Positions 49,601 through 61,121 of a stretch of DNA of 64,000 nt are shown here, one piece after another. The stretch covers positions 248,478 to 312,477 of the forward strand of contig MNCI01001630.1 in the NCBI GenBank assembly GCA_015680685.1, read 5' to 3'. Positions within the stretch are counted from its first letter, which is position 1. Every line of letters starts with the position of its first letter. Both the position numbers and the translations under genes were made by a program. The notes beneath the pieces are model-generated. The model was given only the letters and a program-made list of their open reading frames with translations. It was not told the DNA's origin and made no database searches. The DNA is from Gnetum montanum. Its lineage: Eukaryota; Plantae; Gnetophyta.

Positions 49601-52195
49601 CTTAAGAATTTTTAGACCAAATGTGATGACACATAAAATTCCTTTGATAAATGGTTGTAAGATAGTTAAGCAAAAAAAAAAAAAAGGAAATTTAATCCAT
49701 CATTTGAGCCAGCTATGGAAGCTAAGATCAAGAAGTTATTACAAGCTCTAATTATATATCTAGTTTGATATTCAACATGGCTTGCTAACCTTTTACTAGT
49801 AAGAAAGAAGAATGATGATATTAGGCTTTGTGTGGATTTCAAAAATTTGAATGAAGCCTTGGAAAAAGATAAATACCCACTTCCTAAAATTGATGAAATG
49901 TTGATTAAAGTATTAGGTTGTTAGGTATATTCTTTCCTAGATGGTTTTTTAGGCTATAATCAAATTATGGTAGATAAGGGTGATAAATATAAGAGAACAT
50001 TTGTCACCAAATGGGGAACTTTTTCTTATCAAAGAATGTCATTTGGATTGTCAAATACTAAAGCTACTTTTCAAAGAACAATGGATTTAGCCTTTAAAGG
50101 TTTAATAAGTAAATTTGTTATGGTTTATTTGGATGATATCACCATATTTTCAAAAAGAAAGGAAGATCATATTAGTCATCTTCAACACGTTTTTAACAAA
50201 TTCCATGAGTATGGTATTTCATTAAATCTAAAGAAATGTATCTTTGGGGTTAATTCTAGAAGTTTACTTGGCCATGTAATCTGTCAAGAAGGAATTGCTA
50301 TAGATAACTCCCGAATTCAAGCAGTATAGAATATTTAACATCCTACAAGTAAAAAGTCTCTTAGATCTTTCTTTGGAAAAATAAATTTCATTAAGAAATT
50401 TATGCTTGGATTCATTGAAATTACTAAACCTTTAATGCATATGCTAAGGAAAGATGTCCAATTGGAGAAAACACCAAAATCAAAGAGATCATTAGCAAAA
50501 ATTAAGAAAGCTATTCAAGAAGTTCCATACTTGGTAAAGCCAAAATTAAAGGAATATTTTTGGTTATATGCTTTTGCTTCAAATGATTTATTTGCTATTG
50601 TTTTAACTCAAAAAAATGAAAGTCAAGATTAATCGATTGGATTTTTTGGATATCAATTGAAAGGTTTAGAGCTTAATTTTTCAGACTTAGAGAAATAAGC
50701 ATTCGTAGTTATTAAGGCACTTCTACATTTCAAATATTACTTGGAAAGCTCTTTAGTTCATATTATGCTAATTAAGCCTATAGTCAAACAATTTTTAGCT
50801 CAAAATGAGATTGGATTGAAAAGAGGAAAGTGGCTTATAAAGCTTCAAGGATTCAAATTTTCATCAAAAATATGCAAAACCATTAAAAGAAAGGGATTAG
50901 CCAATTTAATGACTAAACAAGATGAAGTATGTGCACTTAAGACTCATGAGGAAAATTGGTATGACGAGATTCTAGAATTCCTTGATACATGAAAAATTTC
51001 GAATAACCTAAGTGCAAGTCAAAAGAGAGCTTTCTTCAAAAGAGAAAATAAATTTGTGGTTAAAGATGGAATTTTATACAGAAAGTATTTCAGAAGGATT
51101 TTATTAGAATGTGTTCATAATGATCAAATTGGTCCTATTTTAGAACAATTACATAATCATTCCAATTTATTCTATGAATCTCCTAAGTCTATTATGCAAC
51201 ATATACTTCATTATGGTTATTATTGGCCTAGTATGTATCAAGATACTGGTTTGAAAATTCAAAGATGTTACAAATTCTAGATTCATGGGCCAAAGAGAAA
51301 AAAGGCTAGAGCTCCTTTAAAACTAGTAATTGTGGATATACCATTTCATTAATGGGGCTCAGATTTCTTTTGTAAAATTACTCCTTTGAGAGTTGGACAT
51401 AATTTTATTTTCATAACTATCAATTACTTTACCAAAGGGTTTGAAGCAAAGGCTCTAAAAAAAGTTCAGCATTAGATATGATTAAGTTCTTGAAAGATCA
51501 TATTCTAAGTCATTTTGGTCTACCTAAAGTGTTGATATCCAATAATGGACTAGCTTTTCGATATGAAGAATTTATAACATGGGCTTTGAAAAAATCCATC
51601 TTCTTTTTATTTTTTTTGTCAAATTATTATCCTCAAGGAAATGGCTTAGCTAAATCTACAAATAAAAAGCTTATTTCATACATTAAGAAGTCAATGGATG
51701 AAAATCTAGGAAATTGGATCAATTACTTGCAATCTACATTAGGGACTAATCGTATTAGATTTAAGAAGGCTATTAGAACTTCAACTTATAACTTAGTCTA
51801 TGGGTTGCTTACAAGAATTACGAACAAAATTATAGGTTTGGCATCAAATTTTGTGTAAAAATATATCGAGAAAATTGATAAAGATAGAAGTTTCATGATT
51901 TTTCTCATTAAAAGAGAAGTTGAAATGGATAAAGCTAAAGATAATTTATTAAAAAATGCTTCTCAAGTCAAAAGGTGGTTTGATAGAAAGGCTTTGAAAA
52001 GAACTTTTAAGGTTGGTAATCTCATATTATTATGGAATATGAAAAAGGCAAATAAGTTTTCAGCAACATGGACTAGTTTGTTTTAAATCAAAAAACAATT
52101 ATCCATAGATACATACAAGTTATCGATGCTAAATGAAATAGAGTTGTAGTTTCCATATGATGTTTTACATATAAAACATTATTTTGGACAACTAC
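46700..52195 (+). pseudogene. Element F gag-pol remnant
   Basis: gag (46855-47530); PR LHNCLIDSRATST (~48330); aRH LYFDGSCNSKGAG...CTNNKVEYEAL...KGDSRLV...ADDLA (48805-49170); RT CVDFKNLN...FGLSNTKATFQ...YLDD (49570-50400); RH (50500-50920); INT GYYWPSM, YYPQGNGLAKSTNK (50960-52190). Confidence 0.9.
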
Positions 52196-52214
52196 CCACA
52201 ACTTAAAATTTATA

Positions 52215-52345
52215 TCTATAAATATATATATATATAGTATAGTAATATATATATGTGTGTAGGTAACTATAATAATATTTAATATACCTAGTGGTAAATA
52301 ATAAATTTTTATATATAGAAATATATATATATATATATATAACAA
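52215..52345. repeat. (TA)n microsatellite-rich tract
   Basis: Several (TA)n runs; other SSRs at 4515-4535 (TA), 35736-35760 (CT), 40137-40154 (TA), 56551-56572 (CA). Confidence 0.85.
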
Positions 52346-52782
52346 ATAGTATAGACCTATGTCATGTTTAACCTTAACATATATATCCCATACGTATGCT
52401 TAGGTGAGTTTATATAATATTTTAAAAAATATATGTATAAGTTAGAATACTAGTTTAAATAATATTTAATTTAAAGTGTTAATTATATTATTTAATTTAT
52501 ATTATCTCAAGTCATGTGTGTAAGTGGAAGTGATGGTTAGATAATTACTTGATCGTGATTTAATTTCAACAACCAAATAGTGGAATTCAAATGAGCCTAC
52601 CATATAATGATGGAAAGATAATTAATTTTGGCAAAGTGGAAAATTTAGTTAGTGAAATTGGTGGGAACTTCAAACTTTCTTTACACTATAAAAAGAGATG
52701 TGGATTGCTTAGGATTGCATCATTTCTCAATTCAAGACTTAATTGAAGAAAGCAAATTAAGTGCTTAAGTGTGAGGAAGAAG

Positions 52783-53298
52783 ATGGTTCTTGGAGATAGG
52801 ACAATAAGAAGGCCATTTATACCATATGTCATGGGATGTTGTCCAAAACATGTGTTGAGGGCCTATTGTAAGGCAACTGTCCATGGAGCATCAAGTGAAA
52901 GCCCTTTCCTACTTTGGCTTTAAGATGAGTTTAGATTTCTCACTGGTGGAGTTTTCATACATTCCAATTTTTGGGGTAGCTTCCATGAATGCATCACTGA
53001 AGTTGAAAATCAAGAAGAATCCAACCAATATGATTCTCGAGGAGAGGCTTTTCTATCTCAAGACACAAAAGCATCTAATTGGGGAGAACCATAAAAATCA
53101 ACAGCTAAAGAGATGGATGCAAAGGAGACAAAAATAGTTGTTGAAGACAAGGTTGAAGAGAATCAAGTTGAGGCTACAACAAGGCAAAAAGAGGAAAGAA
53201 AAGCATTCATCACAATAGAGATAGCATATGAAAGGACTCTCAATATGAGAATTCCTAAGAGAGTTACTCTAACTATTCTCTTTCCACCCACAGAATAA
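52783..53298 (+). pseudogene. Extra sense ORF (172 codons, two internal TAA) between INT and the 3' LTR of element F
   Basis: ATG 52783 MVLGDRTIRRPFIPYVMGCCPKHVLRAYCK... is in frame with ORF-track 53113..53298; preceded by CTATAAAAAG at ~52687. Confidence 0.5.
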
Positions 53299-54160
53299 TT
53301 TTATATGATATTGAGTTTGTATAGTTTCCTAAGTCTTATTAGGAATGAGGTTTTTATTTCATCAAACCTTAAGTTTGATGAAAGTTTTCCTCAAAAATTA
53401 TTTTTGTTTCTATGTAAAAGAAAAGTTTCCAATAAATTCTATGTTTCTTAACTAAAGTGCAAAAGGGGGGGGGGGGGCGGGGGGGGGCAAGAATTGAATT
53501 TTTCCTAAATTTAATTCATTATAAGTGATTGAAAGAGGGCTAAATATAAATAGTCAACTTATATTGCCATGATCAAGTCAAATACAATGCTTAGGAACTC
53601 CAATATATCTATTGATATAAAGGTTAACTAGGTTGCTTTTGTAATATGGTATGGAGATGGTGCATACAACGATAAAGGCAAAACTATAGACCATTATTCG
53701 AGAAGGTGTCACTATTTCAAATGTGGCTATATCATGACCAATATCTACTGATCCAATTATTTATCAAAGATAGAATTTATAGATTCCTCAAATCAAGAAT
53801 TTCCAAATAGGCCAAATAAAGAAAGTTTTAAAAAATAGAGTTCTTGATGAAAAATCTTGTTGAATTTGGTTAAACATTATCAAAACAAGGCTGCACAGAA
53901 AGAAGAGTATGTTAAAAGCATTATTTCTCTTATTATCAACTTCCATGAGAGCAACAACCAATGGATAATACCATTAGTTATGGTGCACTTGCAAAAATAC
54001 AAAGAGGCAAAAATAAAGTACTTGCTTCATCTACAATTATTTTTTGTAATTTCGAACCTTGTTATAGAGAAAAAAAATTCAAAAAGATTTATTAGTTTTC
54101 AAGAAAATAAATAGGAGGGTTGTAACAACAACTTTGATTTCATATGAAATAGATAGATAA

Positions 54161-54858
54161 TGATGAGTGGTGAGGTACCCCTACACTCAACCATATGAAA
54201 CGAGCATAGCACGCACAATCCGATCGTACTCCGCAAACTAAGTGCCTACATGCCCCATGGAAAAGTTGGGGTTAATCATTCGTTGTCTTCCCAAACTTAG
54301 TTGTAGTTGTCACGGTGTATGGTTAAGTAAGTTCGAGGTATATGATTTTTATACTTTTTAATGTTTTTCTCCTATGCTACTGAGGTGAAGGGTTGAGAAA
54401 CTAGCTAACTCTAACTAATGACCTAAGTCTAAATTACCTAGCATCAGCATCCGTTCCCACTTACCGTACACACCCTGAACTATGCAACCGCGGCTACCAA
54501 ACGCTAATCGTTATTGGGATCACCACGCGTAACGCACATGCTCGAAGTGGTCGTACTGAGGCACCTAACTAGCCTAAACGTAATGATCATCCGTTCCTTG
54601 ACTAATCGTACACATCCTTAGATGCTCGTAATCAAGTCGTACTCATTCCACATTCTAGGAGTTGAGGGTGAGAGAATCTAATCGCGATGAGCAGCCGATT
54701 CCTTGATTAGCCGTACACATCCGTAAATGCTTGTAATCAAGTCGTACTCATGCCGCGCTACTGCANTGAACCGCAATATCACGTATGTGATATCGTAGGG
54801 GAAGACGTGATATCGCGGTGGCCGTGATATCGCATCTCATGCGAATCGTGTCTCATCA
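54161..54858 (-). repeat. Element G 3' LTR (contains a single-N assembly break at 54766)
   Basis: Matches 60159-61121; internal repeats CCGTTCC...CGTACACA x3 and GTGATATCG x3. Confidence 0.9.
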
Positions 54859-56995
54859 TACCCCCATGGCTGAATGAAAACTCATCCTCAAGTTCCTTAC
54901 AATAATATCAGGAAGGTATGGAATTATTGAGGGGAATGGAACTAATGGGATGACATGTGAACGAACCATCATTACAATACTTGACAAAACTGGTGTTCAT
55001 GACAACAAGGGTGAACACCTTATTACATTAACATTAGGCCTTTGTTGGCAGCTGAGAAAGAAAGAGAGAGAGAAAGAAGTGTTGCTGCTACCAACGCCAA
55101 GATTACGCCTTTCGTTGTCCGTCGGTAAGCGCACCATCGATCTTGCTCCTTGCATAACTACTTCCAGTGCTGCTCAATTCCATGTGTTCCTTCCAAATCC
55201 AATCCGTTGTTGCATGATTGCCATCTTCACACACAACACAATCCTATAGTAGCAAGGGTAAATGAATTTCAATGTAGTTCATATCTTGCTTCGGTGTAAG
55301 TTCATTGGCTAGGTTTTGGTATGGCTAATATGGATCGGGAGATATATTAATGGCAACTACCGAAGGTGTAGGGGTTAGGAAGAAAATCAAAAAATTCGAG
55401 GCTAGGAGAAAATGGAAAAAATCAGGCCCCGTACCCCCATGACTAATCGTGAACCTTCGGTAGCGTTAAAATGGAGAAAGAAAAGGAGTGAGAAGGAGAG
55501 ATAAAAAGGGACAACTAAAAACATCAGTAAAATGGATGTCAAGACGGAAATGAACAAAATAAAATCAATTGCAAAAATGTTAAGGGAAAGAATTTAACTA
55601 ATGCTCCAAATAGGAATGTCAGTGGGTCCTCTCCAAAGCAGGCTCATGCCCTTAATGCCCTGACAAACCCACATTCAAAGAGTCCATAGGCTCTGGGAAT
55701 GTTATTTGAGACAAGAGTTAAAGTCTTAACCGTAAGAATTTACCAAAAAGAAAACAATGCATCTACCAAAATATACACTAATGATACAATTGACAATGAG
55801 GTGAACAATGGAGAGTAGGGTGGAGAGAAGAGGATGGAATGGAATCTCAAGAACAAGGTGGTGTACAACCCCTTATGTATTTCATGATTAATGTGACTTA
55901 GCAAATCCCATTCCAAGTCCGGCTTCAAACCAACCACATCCAGTGACTTCGCATCAATGCATTCGGCCAATCCATCCTCTTGAAGTAACAAGAATGCTTC
56001 CTCCAAAGAGTCACCACCATTCTGACGAAACAAGTGAGGAGAGAATGGGAAGCGAAAAGGGCCTTAGTTAGAGGGAACACTTTTGGTTCCATAACCAGTG
56101 CTTGTAGCCCAATTTTTATTTNNNNNNNNNNNNNNNNNNNNNNNNNNNNNNNNNNNNNNNNNNNNNNNNNNNNNNNNNNNNNNNNNNNNNNNNNNNNNNN
56201 NNNNNNNNNNNNNNNNNNNNNNNNNNNNNNNNNNNNNNNNNNNNNNNNNNNNNNNNTTGAAGTCACACCCTTTGCAATCCTTGAGTCCTTCCTTAGTTTG
56301 AGAAATGCCCAGTCACCGATTCATTAAAGTTCTTATTATAAAGGGACTATACATTTCCAAGCCGAGAAAGACCATAGAAATTGGTGGATGGATGGATGAA
56401 GTGAACTCATTGCCTGCCATATCAAAAGAAACATACCTTAGTATCAACATTATGACTTAAAGGTAAAAACCAAACATTAGCAATCAATATGAAAAATAGT
56501 TCATACCATCATTCCAAACACTTATTGGGTGACGAACTTACAGGGTGGATCACACACACACACACAAACACACAAAAAATGGAAAAGTATACTGATGTTG
56601 TAAAATAAAAACAAGAAAAGTTAAAGAAATTTGTAAAACAAAAAGGTGTAAGACAAAAACATGTAAAAAAATGTGTAAAACAAAAACATAAAAAGAACTG
56701 AGGGCCCCATATGATTAGCATAGGTGCCATCTCCCCCATGACTGAGTGGAAAGGGAGAAATCTGAAATAATGAGTGCCTGTTTCAATTTCTAAGAAGTGT
56801 TCAACTTCTCCTAATTAATGATCTTAAACTAAAGAGTGGAAGTTGGCGACGCTCATATTCCAATGTATATATGCTTTCGTTATGGACATGGATTTCCTCA
56901 GCTCGTTTCATGCATATTTAGTTGCTCCTTCGAGTAGTTGTCAACCACGGGATGTCTACTACTGGTTGTGTGGTTGCTACATACAGGCATCTTTG

Positions 56996-59760
56996 CTACA
57001 AAGTTTCAAGAGCACACCTGTTACATGAAGGCATTTCCTCCATGTCATCACCCAATGAATCACTGTATGTGATGCATGGAACTTTTCTCTTCTCGATCTT
57101 TCCATAAATTTTTATCTTAGAAATTTCCAAGGAAAGATCACGGATCCTAAGGCATGTGTCTACTGTACTTAGCCATGCCCTTCCCATTATAATTGGGAAG
57201 TCCCCTTCGTTGTTGTTGACTTCAATCACCAAAAAATCAGCTAGGTAGGACCAACCATACACAGTGGTAATGATGTCCTCCACCAATCCCAAGGGAATGG
57301 TGATGGACTGGTCTGCTAGCTCTAGTTGAATGTTGCTCTTCTTAAGTTGGGGCAGGTTCCAGGCATGATACATCTCTCGTGAAATTAAGTTAACTCCAGA
57401 ACATAAGTCAAGAAGAGCCCTATGTGGTTTATTTCTGGTGACTCGAAGGTAGATTAAGGGACTCCCAGGATCAGTTAGTTTCCTGGGAAGGTGGCCTACC
57501 TTGATCCAATCGGTTATAGTATGCGTTAACATAACCGTATGTGTTAAGTTCTGTTGGACCGAAGGGTGCTCCGAAGTATTGGATGGTGGAGGAGTGTATA
57601 TGAACTTAACCACTTGTTATTGTGAGAGTTTGTCTGGGCTTTTGATTCTGAAGAAGGATCTTCTCTTTTTATAGTTGTCAGAACTAGCAGCATGTTGAAT
57701 ATTTACAGCTCTCGCAGCGTGACGTTGCTACAGTTGAGGAGGGAGTCCCCCTTGCATTGTTGGAGTAGGAGGTGTTGTGGGAACTACAAGTGGAAGAGAT
57801 GCGAATGGAGTTGTAGGATGGGATGAGTGTGAGATGTCTCTCGGAGGAGAAGGAGTCCTACTGAAGTACTCCTAAACTTGGTAGTGATGTTGGGAAGTAG
57901 TGTGCCCCATAGAGTCACCTGGAGAAATTGGCTGCTACACATAATAACCATAAGGATCGGGCTGCCGGTAAGGGTACTATTGTGGTGGCAGTGGCATCCC
58001 CCATGACTGTGGGTATTGCCACTACTGATGTTGTCTGATGGGCTGTGGTGGAGTTCCACTTGGATAATACGTTAGTGGTTGGTGGAACTGCCTTGGGTTA
58101 CCTTGTGGATAAGGTAACCTTCGGGGTGTTTGCCATTGGTTAAGTCTTGGATTTAGTACATACACCCTGGACTCCTGTAGATGTGAGATAATTGGACAAC
58201 ATCCCTTAGGATGGTCATAGTGGCAGATCTCACATCCATCGTCATCATCTGTGTTAGAGTCCACAGCCTCATCGAAGATAATGATTTTCCCCTTACCCTT
58301 GTTATGTGCAGGGCTTGAATCTCTCCACTTTGTCCTACCTTTGTCACTACTTCATTCCTCCTTAGACTCCTCTACAATTTTCAAGATGCTTTCAAGTCTG
58401 GAGTCTAAAGAATCCTACAATTGGTCCATCTTAGCCGATACTTCAGTTGTTAATTTTTGGATCGGCAAGGTTTTCTGGTTCACCAACTCTTCGAGTGGTG
58501 ACTTATCCTCCTCATCGCAAAATTTCACTTCCTTCTTTCGAAAAGAGGGGTCATGATTGTATTCTTCTGCATTTTTCCTTTTTCATAGCTCACCTTCTTC
58601 TTTTGCTACTTGCTCCAATAGGTGATGTACTTCATGGGCTCTAAGTTGTGAGAGTCTCCCTTGGGCGTAAGTCCCAAGGGTTCTTCTAGTTTCATGCCTT
58701 AGCCCATCCACGATATGGTGAAGTTGATCCCTCTGAGTGTACCCATGGCCCGGGCAATGATGTAACAATGTGTAGTAGTGGGCCATGGCAGCATCCAAGG
58801 GTTCATGAGTACCTTGCTTCCAGCCTTGGATCTGCTTATGTAAATTGGGCACTCTGGAGTATGTCTGATACTTATCGTTGAACAGTTCTAGCATTGTACT
58901 CCACCTCCTGATGGTTTTCGATTCTAAGGACCAGTACCAGCTCTCTTCTTCTTTGGTGAGTGTCCTTGGAAACAACTTAAGTTTTTGCCACTCATTTTCT
59001 ATATTCTGCAAGGCACAGGCATCATGGAATGCCTGTAAATGATTTTGTGGATCAACGTTGTATCCCCCTTCAAATCGTGGGATGTTGTTCATGTCTAAAC
59101 ATTTGATCCAACTATCTTTTAAATTCCTTGTGGGAATCCTAACTGCCTCCGTTATGTCAAGCATACTTCAGGTTGCGAGTAGGGCCTCATCATGATCATC
59201 TCTTTCATGATGCCTGTGATGTCTGTGTTGTTCCCTACTCTCCCTATGTCCTTGCCCTTTTCCTCTCTCTCGACTTTCCCGTCGAGGTCTCTCATTTTGT
59301 CTACCTTTATCCTCTCCATTATGTTCATGATGGCTACACCCAGATGTGGAAGGAGAGGGTGAGTGATGTGAAGAAGGGGAAGAAGAAGGGAAACCATCTT
59401 CATGACAATGTTTCTTGCCTTCTCTTCGGTTGCTATGGCCCTGATCGTGGTGACGATCTAAGTGCCCGTCCTTAGCATGAGTGGTTGTTCCCTCTATGAA
59501 CAGTTGGTGTTCATGAGCATCAGAACCATGGTTATGTATCATTGATCATCAGTTCTGATACGCTACCTCCTCACCATCGTTAGGAGGGGGAACATCATTT
59601 GCTAAAGAACCCGTTATAAGGGGTTCCTCATCTATCTTTGCCCTTCAAAAGTGTATGTTGACTCTCCTGCCTAGCATCCCTCATACGTTGTGCTTCTGCG
59701 GGATGATAATCCCTCGTATCAAAGTCGTCCACAACGTATTCAGCATATAATTCAGTCATG
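56996..59760 (-). pseudogene. Element G gag (with His-rich N-terminal extension) and aspartic protease
   Basis: Gag IPRFEGGYNVDPQNHLQAF...LFPRTL...SWYWSL (58583-59164); CEICHYDHPKGCCP; protease LPRKLTDPGSP...ALLDLCSGVNLI...PIIMGRAWLST (56996-57613). Confidence 0.88.
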
Positions 59761-60139
59761 CCTATCTGTGCCAAGGCACGGAAGCATGTGAGAGATTGAT
59801 CGATCTGGGGGTAACACGATGTTACCTTGAAAATCTCTCCATCACAGTTGTTCGTCTTGATGGAGGATAAAGGTAAAGTTTGGAATATACTCATCGGGAT
59901 GAGTATAAACTATCTTGTATTGTTTAGGACTTGGCTGATTTTGGCTATGTGTTTTATGTTGCCGACTATCTCGTGTATGGTCCTTAGGTGGTGAGTTGCT
60001 CTTATGAGAAGAAGACATCGTTATCGGTGTGCTATTTCACCATTATATAATTTTTTATCTTGATTAACCCGAAGGTTTGTTTAGGCTCCCAACGATGTGA
60101 ATGATATCCTTATGTTTTATTTAGCACACAAACACTTAG

Positions 60140-60157
60140 TCCCCAACAATGGTGCCA
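60140..60157 (-). promoter_or_regulatory. Primer-binding site of element G (tRNA-Asp / Athila type)
   Basis: TGGCACCATTGTTGGGGA = TGGCGCCGTTGCCGGGGA after transitions. Confidence 0.8.
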
Positions 60158-60158
60158 A

Positions 60159-61121
60159 TGATAAGTGGCGAGGTACCCCTACACTCAACCATACAAAACA
60201 AGCGTAGCACGTGCGATCTAGTTGAACTCCACAAACTAAGTGCCTACACACCCCATGGAACACTTGGGGTTAATCATTTGTTGTCTTCCCAGACTTCCTT
60301 GTAGTTGTCACGGTGTATGGTTAAGTAAGTCTGAGGTATATGATTTTTATACCTTCTAATGTTTTTCTCCTATGCTATTGAGGTGAAGGGTTGAGAAACT
60401 AGCTAACTCTAACTAATGACCTAAGTCTAAATTACCTAGCATCAGCATCCATTCCCACTTACCGTACACACCCTGAACTATGCAACTGCGGCTACCAAAC
60501 GCTAATCGTTACTAGGATCACCACGCGTAACGCACGTGCTCGAAGTGGTCGTACTAAGGCACCTAACTAGCCTAAACATAATGAGCATCTATTCCTTGAC
60601 TAATTGTACACATCCTTAGATGCTCGTAATCAAGTCGTACTCGTTCCGCATTCTAGGAGTTGAGGGTGAGAGAATCTAATCGCGATGAGCAGCCGATTCC
60701 TTGATTAGTCGTACACCTCCGTAAATGCTTGTAATCAAGTCGTACTCATGCCATGCTATTGCAGGGTAATAAGTAACAGGTAGGAAATAACATGTAGGAA
60801 ATAACAAGTAATAAATCCTATTCCATGCACTACAAGGTTTATCCACAAAGCTCGTCTTTATTGCCGTACACAACTTGCGTTCAGGTACAATGTTGCTCGA
60901 ACAAAGATCCGTTCACTTGGGGACTCCTACTATGGGCACATGGAAAATATTCTATCTCTGGAGTGATCAATCTACCAGAGTTTCCCTACTTCTAGCCTAG
61001 GATGGGAAATAAGGGGAGTGCCACCTCTTATTTATAGATATGGCGACGGACCACAATATCGTGTACACGATATCACAGGAGAAGATGCGATATCGCGGCT
61101 CATGCGAATCACGTCTCATCA
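60159..61121 (-). repeat. Element G 5' LTR (963 bp)
   Basis: Minus-strand TATAAATAAG-like box (TCTAAATAATAAG region ~61030); PBS directly adjacent. Confidence 0.9.

Larger units (their letters stand above)
54161..61121 (-). mobile_element. Element G: non-autonomous Athila-like LTR retrotransposon encoding only gag and protease (TR-GAG-like)
   Basis: TGATGAG...CTCATCA termini; perfect TSD GATAA (54156-54160, 61122-61126); LTRs 60159-61121 and 54161-54858; minus-strand PBS and PPT; no RT/RH/INT motifs in the visible sequence (N gap 56122-56256). Confidence 0.9.

Noticed and set aside
54760-54775. Apparent ~280-bp deletion in element G's 3' LTR
   Set aside because: Coincides with a single N at 54766, so it is most likely an assembly break.
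55925-56327. ORFs containing long X runs
   Set aside because: They span the N gap 56122-56256; openness is an artefact.
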